A stretch of DNA of 64,000 nt from an uncultured Candidatus Rokubacteria bacterium (GTDB lineage: Bacteria > Methylomirabilota > Methylomirabilia > Rokubacteriales > CSP1-6). The notes beneath the pieces were generated by a model, which was not told the origin of the DNA, searched no databases, and saw only the letters and a program-made list of their open reading frames with translations. The stretch lies in contig CAWBMV010000022.1 in the NCBI GenBank assembly GCA_963789955.1, positions 192,001-256,000 of the forward strand. The letters run 5' to 3'. Each line of letters starts with the position of its first letter. Position 1 is the stretch's first letter. Positions 20,750 to 29,956 of this stretch are shown here, piece after piece. A program made the translations under genes and the position numbers.

Positions 20750-21982
20750 TCAGCGCGGCGCGCGTCGGTACGTGCTCGGCGCCCTTCCGGTCATGCGCTG
20801 GAACACGTGGGCGAGATGCGAGGTGTCGGCGAAACCCAGGCTCGCGGCGATCGACTCGAGCTTCTCGTCGGTGTGCGCCAGCAGGTCCTGGGCGATCGAC
20901 ACGCGGACACGGGTGAGATAGTCGCGCACGCTCATGCCGATCTCGGAGCGGAAGAGGTGTGCCAGGTGGCTCGCCGAGATGTCGGTGATCTCCGCGATGC
21001 TGTCGACGGTCAGGTCTTCGTCGTAATGCCGGCTCAGGTGGGCGATCGTGCGGGCCACCGATTCGCCGAGCCGCGGCCAGGGCCCGCTCAGCCCGTCACC
21101 CGGCGGGAGCACGGCGCCGATCCGGCTCAGCAGATCTTCGAATCCGACCGGCGGCCGCAGGACGCCGCGGATGTTCAACGTCTCCCACACCGGCGGCGCG
21201 CCCAGGTACACGTCGTCGCACACGACGAGCACCGGGCACGCGGGCAGCTGCGCGTTCAGCGCGCCGAGAAACCGCCCGGCCTCGGCCGTGGAGCGCTTGA
21301 CGTTCAGGACGACGCCGGTGGGACGGAAGCGGAGCATGTCGTTGAGACCGTCGACCAGGGTCGGGCTCGTCTCGACGCTGGTCGCCCGCGACAGCACGAC
21401 GGCGAGCGTCGCGCGCCAGCCCGGATCGCCGCCCACGAAGAGTAACCGGTGGGTCCGGGGCAGCCGCGCGTCGCGATCGGGGCGGTCGCGCTCGACCGAG
21501 GCGCCGAGCCGCCGGGCCCGCTGCTCGAGCGCCTGGCGAATCGAGGCGAGCAGCTCGTCTTCCTGGAACGGCTTCGTGACGTAGTCGGCGGCGCCGAGCT
21601 TCATCGCCGCGACGGTGGTCCGCACCGTCTTCACCGCGGTCATCATGATGACGGGGATGTCCGGCTCGACCGCCTTGAGCTCTTGCAAGATCTCGAGCCC
21701 GTCCACCTCGGGCATCAGGATGTCGAGCAGGACGAGATCGACGCGCTCGGCGCGCACGATGCCGAGGGCGCTCCGTCCGTGCGGCGCGTCGAGCACCGTG
21801 TAGTGCTCGTCGAGGGCGAAGCGCAACGCCTCGCGAACTCCGGCGTCGTCGTCGACGATGAGCACCACCGGGCGCTCGTTGACGGGCGAGTCGGGCGGCG
21901 ACGGCTCTGGCTCGCGCTGGTCGCTGCCGTTCCCCCCGTTCGAATTCGAGATATCGCGCGCTTCCTTAGAAACGACGGGCAC
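20750..21982 (-). CDS. Response regulator: REC + degenerate REC + AraC HTH (start uncertain)
   Basis: LIVDDD...LLDILMP...YVTKPF; C-terminal SHLAHLFR...LGFADTSHLAHVFQRMTGRAPSTYR. Confidence 0.88.
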   Translation of the reverse strand: MPVVSKEARDISNSNGGNGSDQREPEPSPPDSPVNERPVVLIVDDDAGVREALRFALDEHYTVLDAPHGRSALGIVRAERVDLVLLDILMPEVDGLEILQELKAVEPDIPVIMMTAVKTVRTTVAAMKLGAADYVTKPFQEDELLASIRQALEQRARRLGASVERDRPDRDARLPRTHRLLFVGGDPGWRATLAVVLSRATSVETSPTLVDGLNDMLRFRPTGVVLNVKRSTAEAGRFLGALNAQLPACPVLVVCDDVYLGAPPVWETLNIRGVLRPPVGFEDLLSRIGAVLPPGDGLSGPWPRLGESVARTIAHLSRHYDEDLTVDSIAEITDISASHLAHLFRSEIGMSVRDYLTRVRVSIAQDLLAHTDEKLESIAASLGFADTSHLAHVFQRMTGRAPSTYRRAPR

Positions 21983-22021
21983 TTGCGAATGATCTCGGTG
22001 TGTCTTCACGCCCAGAGCCTG

Positions 22022-22067
22022 CCACAGGAAACCGCAGTCCCCTACAGAAATTCCACAGCCCTGGACA
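22022..22067 (+). promoter_or_regulatory. Candidate transcription-factor site upstream of the ABC operon
   Basis: Four CYRCAG units at 10-11 bp period; the 3' 24 bp match 20670-20693. Confidence 0.6.
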
Positions 22068-22184
22068 TTGACTGCCGGGGCCGGGTCTCCGACTGTTGGG
22101 CCCACCGGCCGCGACCCGAGGGGAAGGGAAGAGTCCGCCTCGAGTTTTCGCGCGGCAGAGAGAGCGATCGGGAGAAAAAGGCGC

Positions 22185-23621
22185 ATGATCAAGCCGGGAA
22201 CGCCCGCCTCACTCGCCGGTCTCGTGGCCGGCCTGGTCTTCATGGCTGCCCCAGGCGCGGCGCAGGAGACCATCCGCATCGGGATCGGTCATCAGAGCCT
22301 GTGCACCGACACCTACTCGGGCGGCATCACGGTCAAGCAGCTCGGGCTCCTCGAGAAGCACCTTCCGCGCACGGGAAAATACGCGGGCGCGAAGTACGAC
22401 GTCGTGTGGGAGGACTACACCTCCGGGCCGCCCATCACGAGCCAGATGCTCGCCGGCAAGCTCGACATCGGAGTCATGGGTGACTATCCGCTGCTCGTCA
22501 ACATCGCCCGCTTCCAGGAGACGAACAGCCTGCGATCGGTGATCGTCTCGATGACCGGCTACAACGTGAACGGCTCCGGGAACTCGATCGTGGTGCCGTC
22601 CGACGCGCCGATCTATCGGTTCGAGGATCTCAAGGGAAAGAAAGTCTCGGTGCCCTTCGGCTCGGCCGCGCACGGGATGCTCCTGAAGGCCCTGGTCGAC
22701 CGCGGGCTCGGCCAGGAGTTCTTCACCTTGATCAACCAGGCTCCGCCGATCGGCGCCACCAGCGTCCAGGAGAAGAAGATCGACGCGCACGCGGACTTCT
22801 GTCCGTGGGGCGAGCTCATGGAGTTCAAGGGCTTCGCGCGGAAGATCTTCGACGGCAGCCAGGCGTCGGTCGCGTATCTGCACGGTCCCGTCGTCCGCAA
22901 GGACTTCCTGGAGAAGTACCCGGAGATCGTCGTGGCCTATCTGAAGGCGGTCGTCGAGGCCAACGAGTGGATCACCAGGAATCCCGAGGAGGCGACCACG
23001 AAGCAGGAGCAGTGGACGTCCATCCCCAAGGAAGTCCTCTACCTCTACTTCGGGCGCGGTGGCTTTCTCACGCTCGACGCGACGATCAAGCCGAAGTGGG
23101 TCGAGGTCCTCAAGTACGATGCGTCCGTGCTCCAGAAGATGGGAATCATCAAGGGCGCCGACGTCGAGGGCTTCATCGACGATCGCTTCGTCAAGCAGGC
23201 GTACCGTGAGCTCGGCCGCGACTACGCGCGCGAGCAGCGCTTGATGGTGGCCGGCACCTCGCCCATGGAGGGAAAGGACGCGAGCACGGGCGCCGCGATC
23301 AAGGATCCGCGCGCGGCGGCCGAGATGTGGCTCAAGGGCGAGCCGATCAAGCCCTACGCGTCGCTGGCGAGCTTGATGGGTGCCCTGCGGGAGGCCGAGC
23401 AGGCGGGCCGCGTCGTCAGCGCCGCGTACGTGTTCGACTACCCGACGGGCCTCAAGCTCTTCGCCCATCGGGCGTTCTACGTCGCGGGCGGCAGCGGCAA
23501 GGCCGCCACCGCGTCGCTCGTCGCGTTCGCCTGGAAGGAAGAAGCCGAGGCGTTCGCCACCAAGAACGGCGGCAAGGTCCTCTCGCTCGAGGAAGCGAAG
23601 AAGCTGGGGGCCGCCAAGTAG
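22185..23621 (+). CDS. NitT/TauT-type ABC substrate-binding protein with C-terminal NosL-like extension
   Basis: YTSGPPITSQMLAGKLDIGVMGDYP, VPFGSAAHG; C-terminal YVFDY...AFYV...AEAFATKNGGKVL. Confidence 0.85.
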   Translation: MIKPGTPASLAGLVAGLVFMAAPGAAQETIRIGIGHQSLCTDTYSGGITVKQLGLLEKHLPRTGKYAGAKYDVVWEDYTSGPPITSQMLAGKLDIGVMGDYPLLVNIARFQETNSLRSVIVSMTGYNVNGSGNSIVVPSDAPIYRFEDLKGKKVSVPFGSAAHGMLLKALVDRGLGQEFFTLINQAPPIGATSVQEKKIDAHADFCPWGELMEFKGFARKIFDGSQASVAYLHGPVVRKDFLEKYPEIVVAYLKAVVEANEWITRNPEEATTKQEQWTSIPKEVLYLYFGRGGFLTLDATIKPKWVEVLKYDASVLQKMGIIKGADVEGFIDDRFVKQAYRELGRDYAREQRLMVAGTSPMEGKDASTGAAIKDPRAAAEMWLKGEPIKPYASLASLMGALREAEQAGRVVSAAYVFDYPTGLKLFAHRAFYVAGGSGKAATASLVAFAWKEEAEAFATKNGGKVLSLEEAKKLGAAK

Positions 23622-24466
23622 TGGCCACCGCGCCACTCGTCGGCGCGCCGGCCGCGCCGGCGGACGCCGCCGAACCCCTCCGACTGGTGGGCTGGCGGCG
23701 GCCCGCGCTGCGCGCGTTGTCCATCGGGCTCTTCCTTCTGGCGTGGCACGTCGCGACCCTGTGGGACCTCGACCTCTACGTGCGCTTCCAGAACATCCCC
23801 GCGCCCGGCGACGTCCTCGCGGAAGCGATCGCGCTCTTCAGCAGTGCGAGCTTCTACGTGCACATCCTGGCTAGCCTCGAGCGCATCTGGCTCGGCTTCG
23901 CCATCGCCACGGTGCTCGGCGTCGGGCTCGGGCTCGTCATCGGCTGGTTCGCGTTCGCCGAGGACCTCCTGTTTCCGCCCATCGAGCTGCTCCGTCCGAT
24001 CCCGGCGGTGGCATGGGTGCCCATCAGCATCATGCTCTGGCCCACCGAGCGGTCGAGCATCGTGTTCATCACGACCCTGGGCGCGTTCTTCCCGATCGTG
24101 CTCAACACGATCCACGGCGTCGAAGGCATCGACCGTCAGCTCGTGCGCGCCGCCACGAGCCTGGGCGCGGGACGCACCGCCATCTTCCGCGAGGTCGTCC
24201 TTCCGGGAGCGCTGCCGTCGATCGTGACAGGGCTGTCGGTCGGGATGGGCGTGTCGTGGATCTGCTTGATCTCGGCCGAGATGATCTCGGGACAGTTCGG
24301 CGTCGGCTACTTCACGTGGGTCGCCTACGGCATCGTGAAGTACTCGCAGATCGTCGTCGGCATGCTGACGATCGGCGTGCTCGGCATGCTGTCGAGCCTC
24401 GTCATCCGGCTGGTCGGCACGCGCTGCATGCCGTGGCTGCCTCGCCGCGACAAGGTCGGAGCGTGA
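23621..24466 (+). CDS. NitT/TauT ABC permease
   Basis: LRPIPAVAWVP, AATSLGA, LPGALP, SAEMI. Confidence 0.9.
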   Translation: MATAPLVGAPAAPADAAEPLRLVGWRRPALRALSIGLFLLAWHVATLWDLDLYVRFQNIPAPGDVLAEAIALFSSASFYVHILASLERIWLGFAIATVLGVGLGLVIGWFAFAEDLLFPPIELLRPIPAVAWVPISIMLWPTERSSIVFITTLGAFFPIVLNTIHGVEGIDRQLVRAATSLGAGRTAIFREVVLPGALPSIVTGLSVGMGVSWICLISAEMISGQFGVGYFTWVAYGIVKYSQIVVGMLTIGVLGMLSSLVIRLVGTRCMPWLPRRDKVGA

Positions 24467-24471
24467 CGCCC

Positions 24472-25276
24472 ATGGGGAACGGCACGGGCACCGGACGCAT
24501 CGAGATCACCGACCTCAGCATCGTGTTCGGGCGCGACGACCGGCGGGTCGAGGCGGTCCGCCGGTTCACCCTGATGACGACGCCGGGCGAGTTCGTGGCG
24601 CTGCTGGGCCCGTCCGGCTGCGGCAAGACCACCGTGCTCAACGCGGTCGCGGGCTTCGTGCAGCCGACGGTCGGGCGGGTGATCGGTGGACGGCGAGCCG
24701 GTCGTGGAGCCGGGCGCGGATCGAGGGATGGTGTTTCAGCAGCACTCGCTGTTTCCGTGGAAGACGGTGCTCGCCAACGTCGAGTTCGGGCTCAAGATGC
24801 GCGGGATCGGATCGATCGAGCGGACCGCCCAGGCTCGGCGCTATCTGAATCTCGTCGGCCTCGCCGGCTTCGAGCGCGCCTACCCGGGCGAGCTCAGCGG
24901 CGGCATGCAGCAGCGGGTCGGCATCGCCCGCGTCCTCGTCAACCGGCCGCGCGTGATGCTCATGGACGAGCCGTTCGGCGCGCTCGACGCGCAGACGCGG
25001 CTGACGATGCAGGAGCTGCTGCTCGGCGTCTGGCGCGAAGTGCGCACGACGGTGCTCTTCGTCACCCACGACATCGACGAGGCGATCTTCCTCGCCGACC
25101 GCGTCGCGGTCATGACGGCGCGGCCCGGTCAGATCCGCGACCTGATGCCGGTGAAGCTGCCGCGGCCGCGCCCCGCCGAGGTCATCGCGACCGCGGAGTT
25201 CATGTCCCTGAAGGCGCGCGTGCTCGCCCAGGTTCGCGAGGAAAGCGGCCGCGCGTGGATCGAGCCGCGGCCGTGA
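24472..25276 (+). CDS. NitT/TauT ABC ATP-binding protein (frameshift near 24685)
   Basis: GPSGCGKT, LSGGMQQR, MDEPFGALD, VTHDIDEA. Confidence 0.9.
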
Positions 25277-25899
25277 GCGCGCTGCGGGCGCTGGGGACGC
25301 GAATCTCCGAGCGGCGCTGGATGGTGGCGGCGGCGACCCTGGCCGTCTTCGCCGTCTATCAAGCGTTGATCCTCGCCATCCTGGTCGGCGGTCTCGGCGG
25401 TGTGCCGAATTACGTGCGGCTCTACCCGGCGTGGGAGAACGCGCGCCGCATCGTCCGGCTCACCCCGTCGACGGCGGACGCCGTCACGCTCATCGGGCGC
25501 GAGCCGCTGCTCGAGTACGGGCGGCGTCATCCCGTCTTCGGTGTGGCCGTGTGGAGCTACGAGCTGACGTGGTCGAGCCTCGCGTTCTTCGTCTCGTTCT
25601 CGGCGCTCGTCGGCCTCTACCTGGGCATCGGCGGTCTGGCGACGCGCTGGGGTGCGGTGGGCTCGCTGAGCGGCGCCGGCATCGTCGGCCTGCTCGGCGC
25701 CAGCGTGTCCTCGCTCACGCACTGCGGCCTCGGCTCCTTCGGCGTGCTGCTCGCGGTGTCCGGCGTCTCGGCGACCACCCTCCTGTGGTTCCAGCGCCTC
25801 GAGCCCGTGCTGATCCCGACGGGATATGCGCTGATCGTGCTGGCGATTGTCGCCCGGGCGAGGGGCCTCGCTCCCGCGTGGCCGGTGGCGGCGGCGTGA
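25273..25899 (+). CDS. Hypothetical membrane protein
   Basis: About 4-5 TM segments with a THCG motif; GTGA overlaps with both neighbours. Confidence 0.7.
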   Translation: MSALRALGTRISERRWMVAAATLAVFAVYQALILAILVGGLGGVPNYVRLYPAWENARRIVRLTPSTADAVTLIGREPLLEYGRRHPVFGVAVWSYELTWSSLAFFVSFSALVGLYLGIGGLATRWGAVGSLSGAGIVGLLGASVSSLTHCGLGSFGVLLAVSGVSATTLLWFQRLEPVLIPTGYALIVLAIVARARGLAPAWPVAAA

Positions 25900-26438
25900 G
25901 AGCCTCCGCGGCGCTGCTCGCGGCGCTCCTGCTCCTGTCCGCCTGCTCGAGGGGACGCGGGGAGATGATGCCGACGTTCGAGCTCGTGGATCAGTCCGGC
26001 TCGATCGTGAAGTCCGCCAATCTCCGGGGGCGCGTCCTCGTGGTCAGCTTCGTCTTCACGACGTGCGCGGAGGCGTGTCCGCTCATCACCGCGCAGCTCG
26101 CGCGAACGCAGAGCCGGGTCCGCACGGAGAAGCTCGCCGAGCGCGTGCGCTTCGTCTCGATCACGCTCGATCCCGCCACCGATCGCCCCGACGTGCTGCG
26201 GCGCTACGCCGATCGCTACGGCATCGATCTGACGAGCTGGGACTTCCTGACCGGCGCGGCGGACGACGTGGGCCGCGTGGTTCGCGCCTTCGGGCTCAGC
26301 GCCGTCGCGCGGGAGCGAATCGTCCACGGCAGCCTCGTGGTGCTGGTCGACGAGAAGGGCCGGATCGCCGAGCGGCGGACGGACCTCGAGCTCGACCCGG
26401 AGCGGCTGCTCGGCTCGCTTCGCAAGCTCCTCGGCTGA
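25896..26438 (+). CDS. SCO-family copper-binding lipoprotein
   Basis: Lipobox LSAC, FTTCAEACP (CxxxC), ITLDP, conserved His in IVHG. Confidence 0.88.
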   Translation: MRASAALLAALLLLSACSRGRGEMMPTFELVDQSGSIVKSANLRGRVLVVSFVFTTCAEACPLITAQLARTQSRVRTEKLAERVRFVSITLDPATDRPDVLRRYADRYGIDLTSWDFLTGAADDVGRVVRAFGLSAVARERIVHGSLVVLVDEKGRIAERRTDLELDPERLLGSLRKLLG

Positions 26439-26464
26439 GGAGCCGGAGTACACTAGCGCCCGGC

Positions 26465-27418
26465 ATGCGTCTCGGCGTCCTCATTCCGACCCGCGGTGTG
26501 GTCATGCAGTCGGCGCAGCGGCCTCCCGTGGAGGAGTGCTGGACGATGGCGCGCCACGCGGACCGGGCCGGCTACGACGCCGTATGGGTCGGTGACAGCA
26601 TCGTCGCGAAGCCACGGCTCGAGCCGCTCACGACCCTGGCCTATCTGGCCGGGATCACGACCCGCGTGCGGCTGGGGACGGCGGTTCTCTTGCCGGCGCT
26701 GCGCCACCCCGTCGTGCTCGCCCACCAGATCGCGAACGTCGATCAGATCTCGCGCGGACGTGTCGTCATGGGGCTCGGCGTGGGCTGGAGCCTGCCGTCG
26801 GCGGAGCGCGAGTGGGCGGCGTGCGGCGCCGACCACAAGCGGCGCGTCCGCCGGCTCGAGGAGCACGTCGAGATCTGGCGCATGCTCTGGCGCGGCGAGC
26901 CGGTCACCCATCGTCACGGCGACGTGGAGCTGACCGACCACACGATCGGCCCGCTTCCCTGGCATCCGGCCGGACCACCGGTCCTCATCACCGCGGCGAA
27001 CCGCGGAGAGATGCTCGCCGCCCAGTTCGAGCGCTTCGGCCGGCTCGGCGACGGGATCATCACGACCTACGTCCACGCCGAGGAGTGCCGGCTCGTGCGC
27101 GAGCGCGCCGAGGAAGCGCTGGCCCGGCACGGGCGCGCGGGGGCGCGCTTCGAGCTCTGCGTGTACACGACGGTCCGGATGGAGGACGATCCGCGCACGG
27201 CCGAGCGCGTGACGACCGAATTCCTGGCGACCTACTATGGCGGGGGCGTGCACTCGCGCGGCACGATGGGGCTCGGCCCCGCCGACGTGGTGATCGCCGC
27301 GCTCCGGCGGTACGCCGCGGCCGGCGTCAGCGATCTCTGCATCCGGTTCGTGGGCGACGACCAGCTCGCCCAGCTCGAGCGATTCACCGCCGAGGTCTTG
27401 CCCGCCCTTCGCGACTGA
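26465..27418 (+). CDS. LLM-class flavin-dependent oxidoreductase
   Basis: VWVGDS, EPLTTLAYLAG, RHPVVLAHQIANVDQISRGR. Confidence 0.9.
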   Translation: MRLGVLIPTRGVVMQSAQRPPVEECWTMARHADRAGYDAVWVGDSIVAKPRLEPLTTLAYLAGITTRVRLGTAVLLPALRHPVVLAHQIANVDQISRGRVVMGLGVGWSLPSAEREWAACGADHKRRVRRLEEHVEIWRMLWRGEPVTHRHGDVELTDHTIGPLPWHPAGPPVLITAANRGEMLAAQFERFGRLGDGIITTYVHAEECRLVRERAEEALARHGRAGARFELCVYTTVRMEDDPRTAERVTTEFLATYYGGGVHSRGTMGLGPADVVIAALRRYAAAGVSDLCIRFVGDDQLAQLERFTAEVLPALRD

Positions 27419-27452
27419 TGGAAGGTCCAGAACGACACCCGGGAGAGCATCG

Positions 27453-28346
27453 ATGAAAATTCGATTCGACCAGGCCGCCCCGTACGAAGTCGAGGAAGTG
27501 GACGCACCCTTCGCCAAACCCGACGGCCAGGAGCTCCTGGCGCGCATCTATCGGCCCACCGGCGACGCCGACGCGCCGCTGGCGGCGCTCGTCGACGTTC
27601 ACGGCGGCGCCTGGAGCCGCGGCGATCACCTGACCGGCGCGCTCCATTGCCGAGCCCTCGCGGCCTCCGGCCTCGTCGTCGTCTCGCTCGGCTTTCGCCA
27701 GGGCTCGGCCGCCAAGCACCCGGCGGCGAGCGCGGATGTCGCGGCGGGCGTGCGCTACGTGCGCGCGCACGCGCGACGGCTCGGCGTCGATCCCCGGCGC
27801 GTCGGGATCGTGGGGAGCTCGAGCGGAGGCCAGCTGGCGCTGCTCGCGGCGCTCAAGCCCGGCGCGCCCGAGTTCGCCGGCACGCCGATCGTCGCGCCCG
27901 ACGGCTCGCTCGACGCGGCTCCCGGCGACGAATCGGTGGCGTTCGTGCTGGCGCTCTACCCGGTCGCGGATCCGCTCGCGCGCTTCCGCTACGTGGTCGG
28001 CCGGCAGAACGACGGCTCGGGCTTCGACGCCGCTCGCTTGATCGCCGCCCACCACGGCTACTTCCTGAGCGAGGCGCAGATGGCGGAGGCGAGCGTGACG
28101 CGCATCGTGACGGCGCGCGAAGCGCGGACCTTGCCGCCGGTATGGCTCGCGCACCCGGGTCTCGACGACAACGTGCCGGCGGCGATCACCGACGCGTTCG
28201 TCCAGGCGTACCAGCAGGCGGGCGGCGCGATCGAGCGCGTGCATTTCCCGGGCGCCCGCCACGGCTTCATCGGGCAGGCGAGCGCCGACAACGACAAGGC
28301 CATTGCGCTCATGCGCGACTTCATCGGCCGCCAGCTCGCGCGATGA
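27453..28346 (+). CDS. Alpha/beta hydrolase (HSL-like)
   Basis: HGGAW, GSSSGG, D(N)VP, HGF. Confidence 0.88.
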   Translation: MKIRFDQAAPYEVEEVDAPFAKPDGQELLARIYRPTGDADAPLAALVDVHGGAWSRGDHLTGALHCRALAASGLVVVSLGFRQGSAAKHPAASADVAAGVRYVRAHARRLGVDPRRVGIVGSSSGGQLALLAALKPGAPEFAGTPIVAPDGSLDAAPGDESVAFVLALYPVADPLARFRYVVGRQNDGSGFDAARLIAAHHGYFLSEAQMAEASVTRIVTAREARTLPPVWLAHPGLDDNVPAAITDAFVQAYQQAGGAIERVHFPGARHGFIGQASADNDKAIALMRDFIGRQLAR

Positions 28347-29869
28347 CACGCCTCGCGACCGTCGTCGTCGCGCTGCTCGTGCTGGCGCCGGCGCTCGCGG
28401 CCGGCGCCGGCCCTGACGCGCCGGACCAGATCACCTGGGCCGTGCACACGACGCTGGTGCCGACGTACTTCGATCCGGCCGAGACGACGATCATCACGTC
28501 GTTCATGGTGCTCTACGCGTTGCACGACGGCGTGGTGAAGCCGATGCCCGGCAAACCGCTCGCGCCGAGCCTGGCCGAATCGTGGTCCGTCTCGCCGGAC
28601 GGGCTCGTCTACGACTTCGTGCTGCGCCGCGGGGTGAAGTTCCACAACGGCGATCCGGTCACCGCCGACGACGTGAAGTTCTCCTTCGAGCGCTATCGCG
28701 GCATCTTCGCGCGCGGCCTCAAGGACAAGGTCGCGGCCGTCGAGACGCCGGATGCCGCGCGCGTGCGCTTCCGGCTCAAGCAGCCGTGGCCCGACTTCAT
28801 GACGTTCTACGGCACGCTCGCGACCGGCGCCGGCTGGGTCGTTCCCAGGAAGTACGTCGAGCGAGTGGGGGAGGACGGCTTTCGAAAGGCGCCGATCGGC
28901 GCCGGACCCTATCGGTTCGTCTCGTTCACGCCCGGGATCGAGCTGGTCCTGGAAGCGTTCGAGGGCTACTGGCGCAAGAGTCCGAGCGTGAAGCGGCTGG
29001 TGCTGAGAACGATCCCGGACCCGGCGACGCGGCTGGCGGCGCTCAAGCGCGGCGAAGCGGACATCGCCTTCTCGATGATCGGCGAGCTCGGCGACGAGGT
29101 GCGGCGCACGCCGGGGCTCACGTTGAAGGCCGTCTATCCGTCGACCCACTGGCTCTACTTCGTCGACCAGTGGGACGCGAAGTCGCCGTGGCACGATCGC
29201 CGCGTCCGGCTGGCGGCGAATCTCGCGATCGACCGGCGCGCGATCGACCAGGCCCGGACCTCCGGGCTCTCGAGGATCACGTTCAGCATCGTGCCGAGCT
29301 CGTTCGATTTCTTCTGGCAGCCGCCCGCGTACGCCTTCGATCCGGCCGGCGCCAAGCGGCTCCTCGCCGAGGCCGGGTATGCCGGCGGCTTCGATGCCGG
29401 CGAGTACTTCTGCGACATGACCTCGGCCGACGCGGCCGAGGCGATGATCGGCTACCTGCAAGGCGTCGGGATTCGCGCCAAGCTCCGTCCGCTCGAGCGC
29501 GCCGCGTTCAACAAGAGCATCGCCGACAAGAAGCTGAAGAACCTCGTCCAGATCATCGGCGGCGCCTTCGGCAACGCCGCCACGCGACTCGAGGCCTACG
29601 CGGTCTCGGGCGGCCAGTTCGCCTACGGCGGCTACCCGGACGTCGACGGCCTCTTCCGTGAGCAAGCGACCGAGCTCGATCGGGCCAAGCGCGAGGCGAT
29701 GCTCCACCGCGTCCAGCAGCTCGTCTCGGAGAAGGCGATGGTCGCGCCGATGTACGAGCTCGCGTTCGTGAACGGCGTCGGCCGGCGGGTCGACGAATCC
29801 GGGCTCGGGCTCATCGCGGGCTACGCGTTCTCGGCGCCCTACGAGGATCTGAAGCTCAAGGCGAAGTAG
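28343..29869 (+). CDS. ABC substrate-binding protein, family 5 (paralog 1)
   Basis: PSLAESW, FHNGDPVTADDVKFSF, PIGAGPY. Confidence 0.9.
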   Translation: MTRLATVVVALLVLAPALAAGAGPDAPDQITWAVHTTLVPTYFDPAETTIITSFMVLYALHDGVVKPMPGKPLAPSLAESWSVSPDGLVYDFVLRRGVKFHNGDPVTADDVKFSFERYRGIFARGLKDKVAAVETPDAARVRFRLKQPWPDFMTFYGTLATGAGWVVPRKYVERVGEDGFRKAPIGAGPYRFVSFTPGIELVLEAFEGYWRKSPSVKRLVLRTIPDPATRLAALKRGEADIAFSMIGELGDEVRRTPGLTLKAVYPSTHWLYFVDQWDAKSPWHDRRVRLAANLAIDRRAIDQARTSGLSRITFSIVPSSFDFFWQPPAYAFDPAGAKRLLAEAGYAGGFDAGEYFCDMTSADAAEAMIGYLQGVGIRAKLRPLERAAFNKSIADKKLKNLVQIIGGAFGNAATRLEAYAVSGGQFAYGGYPDVDGLFREQATELDRAKREAMLHRVQQLVSEKAMVAPMYELAFVNGVGRRVDESGLGLIAGYAFSAPYEDLKLKAK

Positions 29870-29891
29870 CGGAGCCGACCGCGGGCCCGCG

Positions 29892-29920
29892 TTGACCCGC
29901 GTCACGGCGCGCGCTACTCT
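29892..29920 (+). promoter_or_regulatory. Sigma70-type promoter
   Basis: TTGACC-N17-TACTCT ahead of RBS AGGAG and the cupin gene. Confidence 0.5.
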
Positions 29921-29956
29921 CCCGGCACGACGCAACGTGAGCCAGGAGAACACACC

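Noticed and set aside
27647..29869. Long N-terminal extensions in track ORFs (also 25431, 25847, 24013, 38006)
   Set aside because: Off-frame read-through of upstream genes; the real starts are internal and overlap or closely follow upstream stops
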